A stretch of DNA of 64,000 bases from an uncultured Chloroflexia bacterium (GCA_963833225.1 CAWHXD010000007.1:548426-612425), one strand, 5' to 3'. Shown: positions 1 through 11,676, numbered from the stretch's first letter. The notes: generated from the letters alone by a model not told the origin. A program made the numbers and translations.

Positions 1-266
1 TGGAACTGGGCATCGGATGACCAAATGTACGCGGATTGGCACGGGTTTCGCCACCACGGCTGCGATATTCGCGTGACCTGTGCCCCAGAGGGACGATATC
101 CGTGTTGACGGGCCCACTGGCCGTGTGGCACGATCGGCGGTACCTGTTGCACAGCCCGCAACGCTCGTCCCGGTCTACGCACCGGGAGCGCGGCGGGCGC
201 CCCGCACGTCGCGAGAGTCCCGCGACACGAGCCCGATCGGGCCGGGTGGGGCTGAAGCTCGGAGGC

Positions 267-1679
267 ATGATGACGGCCGAACCCGCTGCCCACGCGGTCC
301 CCACCCTTCACCGCGAGCGCCAGACGGCGATGTACAAGCGGGCGGCGCGCACGCTTCCCGGTGGCACCAACTCCAACTTTCGCGCGTGGGGTGAGGACAC
401 GGTCTACGTGGACCGCGGCAAGGGTGGCCGGGTTTGGGACGTGGACGGCAACGAGTACATCGACCTGCGCATGGGCTACGGCCCGGTGATCTTGGGTCAC
501 GGTGATGGCCGTGTCGACGACTACGTCAACGAGCGGATGCGCAAGGGCGTCAGCTTCTCGCTCACCAGCGAGGACGAGATCCGTGCGATGGAGCTCGTCA
601 GGGAGATGAACCCCTGGGTCGACAAGGCCCGGATGACGGTCTCCGGCACCGAGGCGACGATGCACGCGATGCGTGTCGCCCGCGGCTACACCGGGCGCAC
701 CAAGATCGTGAAGTTCGAGGGCCAGTACCACGGCGTCCACGACTACGCGCTGATCAGCGTGGCACCCAACAGCATGGCCGAGCTGGGCGACGAGGACAAT
801 CCCGTCGGCCTCGCGTGGGGTCGCGGGATCCCGGCGGAGGTCGCGAAGACGATCGTGCCGGCGCGGTACAACAACATCGACTTCCTGCGGCGCCTGTTCG
901 AACGCCAGGGCGATGACATCGCCGCCATCATCGTTGAGCCGGTGCTCGGCAACGCCCAGGGCATCCTGCCCAAGCCGGGGTTCCACCAGGCCATGCGCGC
1001 CCTGACCGAGGAGTTCGGGATCCTGCTGATCTTCGACGAGGTCAAGACCGGCTTCCGGTTCGCGAAAGGCGGCGCGGCGGAGTACTTCGGGATCACCCCG
1101 GATCTCGCGACATACGCCAAGGCGATGGGCAACGGGTACCCGGCGGCCGCCTTCGGAGGACGCGAGGAGGTCATGGCGGTCCTGCCCGACAAGGTCAGCC
1201 ACGGCGGCACCTACGCCGGCAACCGCGTGGCCGCCGCCGCCGCGGTCAAGACGCTCGAGATCCTGCGGGACACGGACGCCCTGGCCACGATCCACCGGAC
1301 GGGCGACACAATGCGGGCCGGGATCAGCGAGATCCTGGACGCGAAGGGTCTCGCCTACCACCTCACCGGCCACTCGTCGATGTTCGGCGTGATGTTCACC
1401 GAGGAGGTCGCGACCGAGTACCGGGACTGGGCGAACACGGATCACGAGCTGTACGACGCGATCGCCCTGGGCATGCACGCCCGCGGCGCGATGCCCGAGC
1501 CTGACAGCCGAGAGCCCTGGTTCGTGTGCGAGGCGCACGCGCAGGGCGACATCGTGGACCGGGTGCTCACGATCTTCGGCGAATCCCTGGACGCGGCGCT
1601 CGAGATGCGCGCCAAGGGCCAGCCGCTGCCGCATGAGACCGAGGCCGCGTACGGCAATACCTCCGGCACGGCTCACTGA
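267..1679 (+). CDS. Class III PLP aminotransferase, glutamate-1-semialdehyde aminomutase-like
   Basis: Motifs DVDGNEYID, SGTEA, FEGQYHG, IFDEVKTGFR and the PLP lysine in TYAKAMGNGYP. GGAGG lies just before ATG 267/270. GGTNSNFR departs from HemL GGVNSPVR, so probably a paralog. Confidence 0.85.
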   Translation: MMTAEPAAHAVPTLHRERQTAMYKRAARTLPGGTNSNFRAWGEDTVYVDRGKGGRVWDVDGNEYIDLRMGYGPVILGHGDGRVDDYVNERMRKGVSFSLTSEDEIRAMELVREMNPWVDKARMTVSGTEATMHAMRVARGYTGRTKIVKFEGQYHGVHDYALISVAPNSMAELGDEDNPVGLAWGRGIPAEVAKTIVPARYNNIDFLRRLFERQGDDIAAIIVEPVLGNAQGILPKPGFHQAMRALTEEFGILLIFDEVKTGFRFAKGGAAEYFGITPDLATYAKAMGNGYPAAAFGGREEVMAVLPDKVSHGGTYAGNRVAAAAAVKTLEILRDTDALATIHRTGDTMRAGISEILDAKGLAYHLTGHSSMFGVMFTEEVATEYRDWANTDHELYDAIALGMHARGAMPEPDSREPWFVCEAHAQGDIVDRVLTIFGESLDAALEMRAKGQPLPHETEAAYGNTSGTAH

Positions 1680-1704
1680 GCCAGGGCGAGGAGGAGAGCT
1701 GCGG

Positions 1705-2478
1705 ATGACCCTCGAAGGGAATGCCGTCCGGTCCGTCGACCGTGCCGCGGCCCTGTTGCTGGCGCTTGGGGAGTGCCGCGGCGAGGCCGGGGTCACGGAG
1801 CTGGCGCGAAGGCTGGGCCTGCACAAATCCACCGCGTCGCGGCTGCTGGCAACGCTCGAGAAGCGCGGCCTGGTGGAGCAGGATGACGAGACGGGCCGCT
1901 ACCGGCTGGGGCTCGTGGTGATCCGGCTTGCCGAACGGGCGGAGCGGACGCTTGACCTGCGGGCGATCGCGATGCCGGAGCTGGACCGTCTCGCCCGAGC
2001 CACGCGCGAGACGACGGGCCTGGGGATCCCCACCGAGGGCGAGAAGATCCTGACCGTGGCCCAGGCCGACGGCCCGAACCTGGTGGCGATGGGGGACTGG
2101 ACCGGCCGCTCCGTGCCGATGCATTCGGTGGCCGCCGGCAAGGTCCTGCTGGCCGCGATGCCCGAGCGCGAGATCCTGCGCCTCGTTCGCCGCGGGCTGG
2201 ACCGCTATACGGATCGCACGATCACCCAGCTCGAGCCGCTGCTCGAGGAGCTGGCGCGTATCCGGCGGCGTGGGTACGCCACCGCGTTCGGCGAGTTCGA
2301 AGCGGGGATGAACGCCGTCGCGGCGCCCGTGTTCGACGCCCGGGGCCAGGTCTCGGCCGCCGTCGACGTGTGGGGCCCGGCCTTCCGCATCACGCCGCCC
2401 CGCATGCCCGAGCTGGTGCAGCAGGTCCGGGAGTCCGCGGCCGCCGTCTCTGTCCGGCTTGGCGGGACCGCCGCCTGA
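1705..2478 (+). CDS. IclR family transcriptional regulator
   Basis: VRSVDRAAALL...GVTELARRLGLHKSTASRLLATL HTH; C-terminal IclR effector domain (IRRRGYA...GMNAVAAPVFD); GAGGAG RBS. Confidence 0.93.
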   Translation: MTLEGNAVRSVDRAAALLLALGECRGEAGVTELARRLGLHKSTASRLLATLEKRGLVEQDDETGRYRLGLVVIRLAERAERTLDLRAIAMPELDRLARATRETTGLGIPTEGEKILTVAQADGPNLVAMGDWTGRSVPMHSVAAGKVLLAAMPEREILRLVRRGLDRYTDRTITQLEPLLEELARIRRRGYATAFGEFEAGMNAVAAPVFDARGQVSAAVDVWGPAFRITPPRMPELVQQVRESAAAVSVRLGGTAA

Positions 2479-2523
2479 TCCTGGCCCCCGCCGCCGCGGG
2501 TTCCGGCGCGCTAGGCTAGGGCG

Positions 2524-3432
2524 ATGAAGATCCCGGCCAACATCGAGGAGAAGTTCCTCGCCCTCCTCGGAGATCCGGTCCTGCCGATCGCCCTGATCCT
2601 GGTGATCGCGGTGATCCTCATCCGCCTGTCGAGCCTCGCCGTCCGCGGCATCGTCAGGAAGATCCTTGACCGTGAGGCGGCCGAGGGCACGGCCCGGGAG
2701 CTGTCGGCCGTCGAGATCCGGAAGCGGTTGGACACCCTTGACGACCTGGCCGGCGGCGTCATCCGTGCCTTCATCCTGGTGATCGCGCTGGTCATGATCC
2801 TGGACCAGCTCAACCTGAACATCGGGCCGGCGATCGCTGGGCTCGGCGTCGTGGGGATCGCGGTCGGGTTCGGCGCCCAGAGCCTGGTTCGCGACTACTT
2901 CAACGGCGCCCTGATCCTGATGGAAAACCAGTTCAGCGTCGGGGACGTGGTCTCGCTTGCCGGGGTGTCCGGCGAGGTCGAGGACTTCAGCCTGCGTCGG
3001 ACCACGCTCCGGGACTTGAGTGGCACTGTCCACACGGTCCCCAACGGCGAGATCCGGGTGGCCTCGAACATGACCCGCGTCTGGGCCCGTGTCAACGAGG
3101 AGATCGAGGTCGCCTACGGCAGCGACATCGACCATGTCGTGAGCACGGTCAACGCCGTCGGCCAGGAGATGTTCGACGACCCCGAGTGGCGTCGCCGGCT
3201 GCTGGAGCCCCTCGTCGTCCTGCGCGTGCAGTCCCTGGGCGAATCGGGCGTGACGATCAAGGTGCTGGGGACCGTCCGCGCCGCGGACCAGTGGGCGGCC
3301 GCCGGCGAGTTCCGCCGCCGCATCCTGAGCGCGTTCGCGGCTGCGTCGATCGAGATCCCGTTCCCCCACCGCGTGGTGATCACGCGGCCAGCGGACACGG
3401 CGTCGCAGGATCCCACGGCCGAGGCGGGCTGA
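2524..3432 (+). CDS. mscS: Small-conductance mechanosensitive channel (MscS family)
   Basis: GIAVGFGAQSLVRDYFNG...ENQFSVGDVV, LRRTTLRD, VPNGEI, IEIPFP. Confidence 0.92.
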   Translation: MKIPANIEEKFLALLGDPVLPIALILVIAVILIRLSSLAVRGIVRKILDREAAEGTARELSAVEIRKRLDTLDDLAGGVIRAFILVIALVMILDQLNLNIGPAIAGLGVVGIAVGFGAQSLVRDYFNGALILMENQFSVGDVVSLAGVSGEVEDFSLRRTTLRDLSGTVHTVPNGEIRVASNMTRVWARVNEEIEVAYGSDIDHVVSTVNAVGQEMFDDPEWRRRLLEPLVVLRVQSLGESGVTIKVLGTVRAADQWAAAGEFRRRILSAFAAASIEIPFPHRVVITRPADTASQDPTAEAG

Positions 3433-3499
3433 ACCACGGCGGCGTCCGCATCTCGTCCGCGTAGAATGGCCGAACCCACGTGTGCTGCTGGAGGGACCC

Positions 3500-5470
<1,971 letters not shown>

Positions 5471-5474
5471 CCGG

Positions 5475-6140
5475 GTGCCGTTCGGCTTCCTGAAGAAGCG
5501 GAAGAGCGACGAGATTCCCGCCGGCGGCGGGACTCGGCCCGCGGGCGTCGATTCCTCGCACCTGCACAGGGGGCCTATCCGCGGCGTGCCGTTCACGGCC
5601 CTGACCGAGGACTGGCGGTTGCGCGGCCACATGGACATCGCCGGGCGGCTGTCGGACGCGCTCAACAAGCGCGAGGCCATCGCCATCCACGATGTCGCCT
5701 GGGGGCCGCCGGATTCGCCGGAGCTCGAGGCGGCACCCGGCCTGCGGAGCGTCGATCCGTACGATCTGATCCTGGTGACCGCGGGCGAGGACTCGCTGCC
5801 GCCGCTGACCGAAACGGAGCGGGCGGCCCTCAAGGTCCACAAGGTGGCCTACGACGTGTCGCTCGAGGTGCCGCCGTTCCGGGTGATCGGCACCGTGTAC
5901 CTGCACCCCGGATCGGAGCCGGACCGGCTGCTGGACCGCGCGAGCGAGATGTTCGTGGCCGTCGCCGAGGCCACCGCTCGCCTGGGGAACGTGGAGGTCA
6001 CGGATCCAGAGGTCGAGGTGATCCTCGTCAACCGGTTCTACCTGCGGGGCGTCGCCCAGGTGGACAAGCGGACAGGGGAGCCGCACCAGCGGCTGCCGGG
6101 CTCGCCGCTGGGCGGGACGAGCTGGCAGGATCGGAGCTAG
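5475..6140 (+). CDS. Hypothetical protein with two tandem DUF6812-like beta domains
   Basis: Starts 4 nt after the acs stop, with typical codon use. Two similar halves (WRLRGHM..GRLSDALN / FRVIGTVYL..DRLLDR..FVAV). Confidence 0.65.
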   Translation: MPFGFLKKRKSDEIPAGGGTRPAGVDSSHLHRGPIRGVPFTALTEDWRLRGHMDIAGRLSDALNKREAIAIHDVAWGPPDSPELEAAPGLRSVDPYDLILVTAGEDSLPPLTETERAALKVHKVAYDVSLEVPPFRVIGTVYLHPGSEPDRLLDRASEMFVAVAEATARLGNVEVTDPEVEVILVNRFYLRGVAQVDKRTGEPHQRLPGSPLGGTSWQDRS

Positions 6141-6154
6141 GGCAGGGGGCGGCT

Positions 6155-6180
6155 GCGAGGCCTCACCGGCCCGGCCTCGC
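6155..6180. terminator. GC-rich stem-loop between convergent genes
   Basis: GCGAGGCC-N10-GGCCTCGC perfect 8-bp stem; no U-tract. Confidence 0.4.
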
Positions 6181-6188
6181 CGTTGGCG

Positions 6189-7418
6189 CTACGCGCGGGC
6201 GGGCAGCGTCCTCCCGAACAGCGAGAACCCCGCCTTTGCCGGTTGGGTGCTCGGGCGGCCGATGATGCGGTCGGCAAGCACGGCGAAGTCCTGGGTGATC
6301 CCGTGTCCAGGTGCAAGCTCGACGAGCGTCCGGCCCTCGTTCGCGGCCCTGACCATGACCGGGCCGGCCGACCGGATCTGGGCGTAGGCCGGCACGCCGA
6401 TGGCCTGCTCGATGTCCGCGGTCGGGACGCCGGTGTTGGCCCGGTTGATGACGAGCTGCAGGCGCTCGCGCATGCCCAGCTCGTCAGCGATCTCGCGGAG
6501 CTTGACCACGGCTCGGATCGCCGGGAGGTCCGGGGTCACCGGGACCAGGATCCGGTCGGCCTTGTCGAACACCGCTCGATTGAGGGGGCTGTACGACGGG
6601 TGCAGGTCGACGATGACGTACTCGACGGACCGCCGGGCGGCGGCGATGGAGGCAGCGACGCGATCGGGGTCGAGGATCTCCGTGTGGATGGGGCTCGAGG
6701 AGAGTGGCAGCACGCGCATCCCCGACGGGTGGGCCGACGCGAGGTCGAAGAACGGGAGCACGGGCGCACCGTCGAGCTCGTCTCGCCAGGCATCGACAAC
6801 GGTCGCCACCCCGTCCATGCCAAGCGAGGTGCTGACGTGGCCGGTGACGGTGTCCGCATCGATGAGCAGGACGCCGAGGCCCCGGCTTGCCAGCATCGCG
6901 GCGAGGTTGGTGGCAACCGTCGTCTTGCCGACGCCGCCCTTGGGGTTGAACACGGCGACCAGCTGGCCGCGCCGACCCCAGTCGCTGGGATTCAGCGAGC
7001 CCTGGAGGACCGGGCCGGAGCCGTCATCGACGGCGACCGACCGGATGCACATCGCCTCGACCCGCCAGCGGATGGCCTCCGCCGAGTAGGGACGGGTGAG
7101 GTACTCGTCATCATCGTGACCGGGACCCGAGAGATCGAGCGAGTCCATGCTCGCCGGGTTGACGATCATGAGCGCCGGGATCGAGTGGTGGGATGCGTGG
7201 AGCAGCGACCATGCCTGGCTCGCCAGCTCGGGCTCGACCTCGGCGTCGACGATCCCCACCGCGATGTCCTTGCGCTCCGCGAGGAGTGTGGCCAGGTCGC
7301 GGACGTGGTCAAGCAGGATCGGGTCGTACCCGCCGGCGTGGAGCTCGGCGGCGACGGGATCACGCTCGGTCGCCGGCAGGAGGATTGCGACTGCCGGTCG
7401 GGAGGGGGACGGCGCCAT
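6189..7418 (-). CDS. Receiver-like domain plus MinD/ParA ATPase (CpaE/TadZ-like)
   Basis: Deviant Walker A PKGGVGKTT, LLIDAD, IVDL, VINR; N-terminal degenerate receiver fold (EYLTRPYS). Confidence 0.85.
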   Translation of the reverse strand: MAPSPSRPAVAILLPATERDPVAAELHAGGYDPILLDHVRDLATLLAERKDIAVGIVDAEVEPELASQAWSLLHASHHSIPALMIVNPASMDSLDLSGPGHDDDEYLTRPYSAEAIRWRVEAMCIRSVAVDDGSGPVLQGSLNPSDWGRRGQLVAVFNPKGGVGKTTVATNLAAMLASRGLGVLLIDADTVTGHVSTSLGMDGVATVVDAWRDELDGAPVLPFFDLASAHPSGMRVLPLSSSPIHTEILDPDRVAASIAAARRSVEYVIVDLHPSYSPLNRAVFDKADRILVPVTPDLPAIRAVVKLREIADELGMRERLQLVINRANTGVPTADIEQAIGVPAYAQIRSAGPVMVRAANEGRTLVELAPGHGITQDFAVLADRIIGRPSTQPAKAGFSLFGRTLPARA

Positions 7419-7423
7419 GGTGA

Positions 7424-9124
7424 TCAACCTTCGGCTTCGGGATCGCGCGCGGTGACGTGGACCGAGCTGTCGTCGGTGCTGGTCACGCGGGCGGCGAAGC
7501 CCGGCATGGTCGGCAGCGCGTCGCGGAAGGACACGTCGGGCCGATGGGTCACGTTGAACACGAACTCGCCGTCCGGTCCGGATGCGACGGCCACGGTCTG
7601 GACACCGGCAAGCCGGCCCAGGTGGCGCTTGAAGCTGGCGATGCTGGCGACAGAGACGAGCCCCGACACGATCACCTGCGTCGTGCGCGGTTCCCCGTCG
7701 GCCGGTCCCTCGGCATGGTTCGGCAGCAGCGACGCGAGCCGGTCCGTGTACGACTCCTCGATTCCGCCGGCGCCGATGCGCGCCGCCAGCGCGGCGGCGG
7801 CCTCGGGATCGAGGTCGGCCGCGGTCTCGTCCTGATCGGCCGACCCGGAGGCAGGTTCGGCCTGATCGCCGGACTCGGCCGCGGACTCGGCCGCGGTCAT
7901 CATCTCGCCGCGATCGGCCGGTTCGCCGGTCGCGCCATCGGTCGCGGATCCCTCGGCCGTCGCGACCGCTTCCCAGGTCGGGACATCGGCATCCGCGGTG
8001 TACGCGCCGGAGCCGTCATCATCAAGCGGCTCGGGCTCGGCTGCCACCGGCTTGCGGGACCCTCCCCAGGCGCTGTCGGCCTCGCGCCAGGGCGAGGGGG
8101 CTGGCACGGGCAGGTCGGTGACCGCCGTGGCGGACGCTGGATCATCGGTGTCATCGGACGCTGCCACCACGTCGGCGACCGGGTTGGCCTCGACGGTCTC
8201 CTGGGCGGGCGTGGCGACGACCGCCTCGGGCTCGGCACTCTCAGGTTCGGCTGCCGTTGACGGAACCGCCTCCACCTCCACCGTCTCGGCGGCGGCCTCA
8301 GGCTCCACGTCCACCGTCTCCACGGCAGCCTCTGCCTCATCGGCCTCGGTGACCGTGGCCGCGGACAGGTCAAGCTGGAGATCGCCGAGATCGGCGAGGG
8401 TGTCGAGAGCCGGCGGCTCCGGCATGGATTCGGCCATCGTCGCGAGCCGCGCGGGATCATCCTCGCTGGAGAGTCGCTCGGTGTAGGTTTCGATCTCCGT
8501 CCGGAATGCGGCGGCGGCCGTCTCGACCTCGCCCACCCGCTGCTCGATGGCGGCGGCGTGCGCGGCGAGCTCCCCGTCAAGCCCAAGCTTGCGGGCGCTG
8601 ATGCGGCTCTCCGTCTCTTCCTTGATCCGCGCGATCTCGGCGCGCGACCATTCCTTGATCTTCGTGATGTCCTCATCGGACCGGACCCGGAGGAGGTCCT
8701 CGCCTTCCTTCGAGCCCGCGCGGATCTGCTCCACGACGGCGGCGACGTCCGCTTCGACCTGGGTCAGGGCCCCGTCACGGGCCGACTCCGCCGTTGCCCG
8801 GATGGCAGCTGAGAGATCCGCCATGAGCTTGGTGGGCTTCCTGGGTGCCACGGGAGCCGGGGGCGGGGCGGATTCCATGTCGATCATCTCGGGCTCCTGG
8901 GCATCGGGCTGGGTGGGGTCGGCTGATAGGTCGGTGGCGCTCTGCCGGTTGGTGGACCGCGGTGTTGCGCTCACGTCGGATGCGGGCCATGCGACCGCGT
9001 CGGTCGCCGGCCGCTCGGTCCCCTCGGCGACCATCTCCGCGCCGTCGCCCGAGGGATCGGTGTCTTGCGTGCGATCAGAACTCCAGGGGAGGCGGAAGCC
9101 GGAGCGCGTGTCGGTGGTCGCCAT
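7424..9124 (-). CDS. Hypothetical acidic protein: coiled-coil region, long disordered D/E/A/P linker and small C-terminal alpha/beta domain
   Basis: 566-aa ORF with typical codon use, directly abutting the ATPase gene on the same strand. Confidence 0.75.
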   Translation of the reverse strand: MATTDTRSGFRLPWSSDRTQDTDPSGDGAEMVAEGTERPATDAVAWPASDVSATPRSTNRQSATDLSADPTQPDAQEPEMIDMESAPPPAPVAPRKPTKLMADLSAAIRATAESARDGALTQVEADVAAVVEQIRAGSKEGEDLLRVRSDEDITKIKEWSRAEIARIKEETESRISARKLGLDGELAAHAAAIEQRVGEVETAAAAFRTEIETYTERLSSEDDPARLATMAESMPEPPALDTLADLGDLQLDLSAATVTEADEAEAAVETVDVEPEAAAETVEVEAVPSTAAEPESAEPEAVVATPAQETVEANPVADVVAASDDTDDPASATAVTDLPVPAPSPWREADSAWGGSRKPVAAEPEPLDDDGSGAYTADADVPTWEAVATAEGSATDGATGEPADRGEMMTAAESAAESGDQAEPASGSADQDETAADLDPEAAAALAARIGAGGIEESYTDRLASLLPNHAEGPADGEPRTTQVIVSGLVSVASIASFKRHLGRLAGVQTVAVASGPDGEFVFNVTHRPDVSFRDALPTMPGFAARVTSTDDSSVHVTARDPEAEG

Positions 9125-9337
9125 GGGTGGGGCACTCTTCCTCGTGAACGGCTGGCAGGGCCGGGGCCTATGTGCACCATAGGCGGCGAAGTGGGCTGTG
9201 GTGCAGTCGCTAGAGGTACCAGCCGGGTGTCCCGGTGGTACCGGGACGCACCACCGTTTCGTTCGATCGAGATCCGCGTGCCGCAGGCTGGAGCCGCCCC
9301 GTGACTCATCTCGTCAGCCCGCCCTACCATGGGGGTC

Positions 9338-10413
9338 ATGCAGCCCTTCCAGCACGCTGAGCTCGCCGCCGGTGACGCCTTCGACGGCCGCCCCGGACAA
9401 GTCCGACCGGTTCGGGCGCGCGCTGCGTGACCTGCGGATCTCGGTGACCGACCGCTGCAACTTCCGCTGCCCCTACTGCATGCCGGCCGAGCTGTTCGGG
9501 CGCGACTTCGCCTTCCTGCCGCGCGACCAGGTGCTCTCGTTCGAGGAGGTCACGAGACTTGCCGCGATCTTCGTCGGGCTGGGAGTGACCAAGCTGCGGA
9601 TCACGGGCGGCGAGCCCCTCGTCCGCCGCGATCTCCCGGTCCTGATCTCGGAGCTCGCGGGGCTCCGCACGCCGGACGGGGAGGTCGTCGACCTCACCCT
9701 GACGACCAACGGTTCCGCCCTCCGGCCGCTCGCCGGCGCGCTGCGGGATGCGGGGCTCGGACGGATCACGGTGTCGCTCGACTCCCTCGACGACGAGATC
9801 TTCGGGCGCATGAACGGGGTGGACTTCCCGGTGTCGAGGGTGCTCGAGGGGATCGCCGCGGCGCGGTCGGCCGGACTCGCCCCGATCAAGGTCAACACCG
9901 TCGTCCGGCGTGGCCTCAACGAGGCATCGATCCTGCCCCTGGCGCGCTGGGCGCGCGAGGAGGGGCTGATCCTGCGGTTCATCGAGTACATGGACGTGGG
10001 GACGACCAATGGCTGGCGGCTCGACGACGTCGTGCCGGCCGATGAGATCCTCGCGAATGATCGATGCCGAGCTGCCCCTTGAGCCCGTGGCGGCCAACTA
10101 CCGCGGCGAGGTCGCGGGGCGTTACCGGTACCTCGACGGCGGCGGCGAGCTCGGCGTGATCGCTTCCGTGACGCGGCCCTTCTGCGGTGATTGCACGCGA
10201 GCCCGCCTCTCCGCCGAGGGCTCGCTCTACACGTGTCTGTTCGCCGCGACAGGGACGGATCTCAAGGGGCCGTTGCGGGACGGGGAGAACGACCAGCAGC
10301 TTGCGGACCGGATCCGTGCGGTCTGGACGGTCAGGGCCGATCGGTATTCCGAGCTCCGGAGCGAGGCGACCGAGCGGCTGCCAAAGGTGGAGATGTTCGC
10401 CCTCGGCGGGTGA
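9338..10413 (+). CDS. moaA: GTP 3',8-cyclase MoaA (frameshifted near 10056, probably also near 9402)
   Basis: [38 protein letters not shown]; C-terminal [21 protein letters not shown] and terminal LGG lie in the next frame. Confidence 0.92.
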
Positions 10414-10519
10414 CGGGACATCACTCGGAGCTCGCGGAGCCTATGCTCCGGGGCGGGCCTGCGGCTGGTCCCGCCCGGCGGCCCGGACCGGACCGGCCCG
10501 GCGGCTCGGCCCGGCGGCT

Positions 10520-10661
10520 CGGCCCGGGCCCGGCTCCAGCTGGCCCGGTCCGGCTCGAGCTGGCCCGTTGGCGCGGCCCGGGCCCGGCTCCGGCTGGCCC
10601 GGCGGCTCCGTGCTGGCCCGTTGGCGCGGCCCGGGCCCGGCTCCGGCTGGCCCGGCGGCTC
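10520..10661. repeat. GC-rich 50-bp direct repeat (2 copies, 53-bp period, plus a partial third)
   Basis: GCTGGCCCGTTGGCGCGGCCCGGGCCCGGCTCCGGCTGGCCCGGCGGCTC at 10559-10608 and 10612-10661; partial copy at about 10520-10548. Confidence 0.85.
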
Positions 10662-10801
10662 GCGTGGCGGTCGTTGGGATGTGCCGCACGATGTCGTGCC
10701 CGTACGGCGGGCGACTCGATGCCACATAGGCGCCCGGGACCATGATCCTGAACGTCGAGCGGGAGCGACGATGACCGGACCATCGCAATGGCCGGAGGGC
10801 G

Positions 10802-10851
10802 GGCCCCGCCGCGAGCAACGGGAGGCCCCGCCGCGAGCAACGGGAGGCCCC
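10802..10851. repeat. 22-bp tandem duplication
   Basis: GGCCCCGCCGCGAGCAACGGGA twice, followed by GGCCCC. Confidence 0.9.
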
Positions 10852-10899
10852 GGCCCTCCACGTAAGTCGGCCGTAAGTGCCCCGCGGGATCATTCGCCC

Positions 10900-11676
10900 A
10901 TGGGAACCCGAGAGTCGCCGGCGGATCGAGGCCGGAGAGCGGCACGGGTCATGCTGGGCATGTGCCTCAGCGAGCTTCGCGGTGCACGGATGGCCGGCGG
11001 GCTCAGCCAGCGGGAGCTTGGGGCTGCCAGCGGCGCGAGCCGGCAGCGTGTCGCCCGGCTGGAACGGGGTGAGGTCGCCACCCCGGACCTGACGCTGATC
11101 GGGTCAATGGCTGCCGTGCTCGGGCTCGCCATGCGCATCTCCATGTATCCGGAGGGCGAGCCAGTCCACGACCGCGTCCAGCTCCGTCTGCTGGCGACCT
11201 TCCGCGACCGCCTCCACCGATCGATCAGGTGGCGCACCGAGGTCCCGCTCCCGATTCCCGGGGACAGGCGCGCATGGGACGCCGTCGCGATCAGCGAGGA
11301 CGGCGGCTGGACGGGCATCGAGGGGATCAGCCGCATGGGCGCAGTTGACGCCACGCTGCGACGCGTGAACCAGAAGCAGCGCGACGACCCCAGGGTCACC
11401 CGGGTCGTGTTGGTCATCAGCGACACGGTTCGCAACCGGGACGCGCTCCGGCTGGGGGTCGCGACCGTTCGCTCGGACTACCCCCTCGAGACCAGGGGTG
11501 TGCTCGAGGCGCTCGGTCGCGGCCGGACGCCACCCCTGAACGGGGTTGCAGTCATTCGCGTCTCAGCGGATCGTCCACAGGCTGTCCACACCCGTGGGAA
11601 ACTCGTGGACGGCGAGGCCCGGTCGTCCGCGGACTTCGTGGACAACCCCGTTGGACGCCTGCCGCCGGGCCGGTAG
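10900..11676 (+). CDS. XRE-type HTH protein with a C-terminal PD-(D/E)XK-like domain
   Basis: LRGARMAGGLSQRELGAASGASRQRVARLERG (XRE HTH); WRTEVPLP..RAWDA..GIEGISR..VVLVI resembles a restriction-endonuclease-like fold. Confidence 0.72.
   Translation: MGTRESPADRGRRAARVMLGMCLSELRGARMAGGLSQRELGAASGASRQRVARLERGEVATPDLTLIGSMAAVLGLAMRISMYPEGEPVHDRVQLRLLATFRDRLHRSIRWRTEVPLPIPGDRRAWDAVAISEDGGWTGIEGISRMGAVDATLRRVNQKQRDDPRVTRVVLVISDTVRNRDALRLGVATVRSDYPLETRGVLEALGRGRTPPLNGVAVIRVSADRPQAVHTRGKLVDGEARSSADFVDNPVGRLPPGR
11571..11645. promoter_or_regulatory. Cluster of DnaA-box-like 9-mers
   Basis: TCGTCCACA 11571, CTGTCCACA 11582, and inverted CGTGGGAAA 11593, CGTGGACGG 11604, CGTGGACAA 11637. Confidence 0.45.

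Noticed and set aside
267-1679. hemL gene symbol
   Set aside because: The N-terminal substrate motif differs from HemL and no hem genes are adjacent.
10050-10060. Programmed ribosomal frameshifting in moaA and the other split genes
   Set aside because: No slippery heptamers, and many unrelated genes are affected; sequencing indels are the simpler explanation.
10621-10899. N-terminal extension of the HTH ORF, and similar long extensions on thyX, PFOR, the response regulator and apbE
   Set aside because: Low-complexity translations of intergenic or overlapping DNA; better starts with an RBS or -10 element lie downstream.
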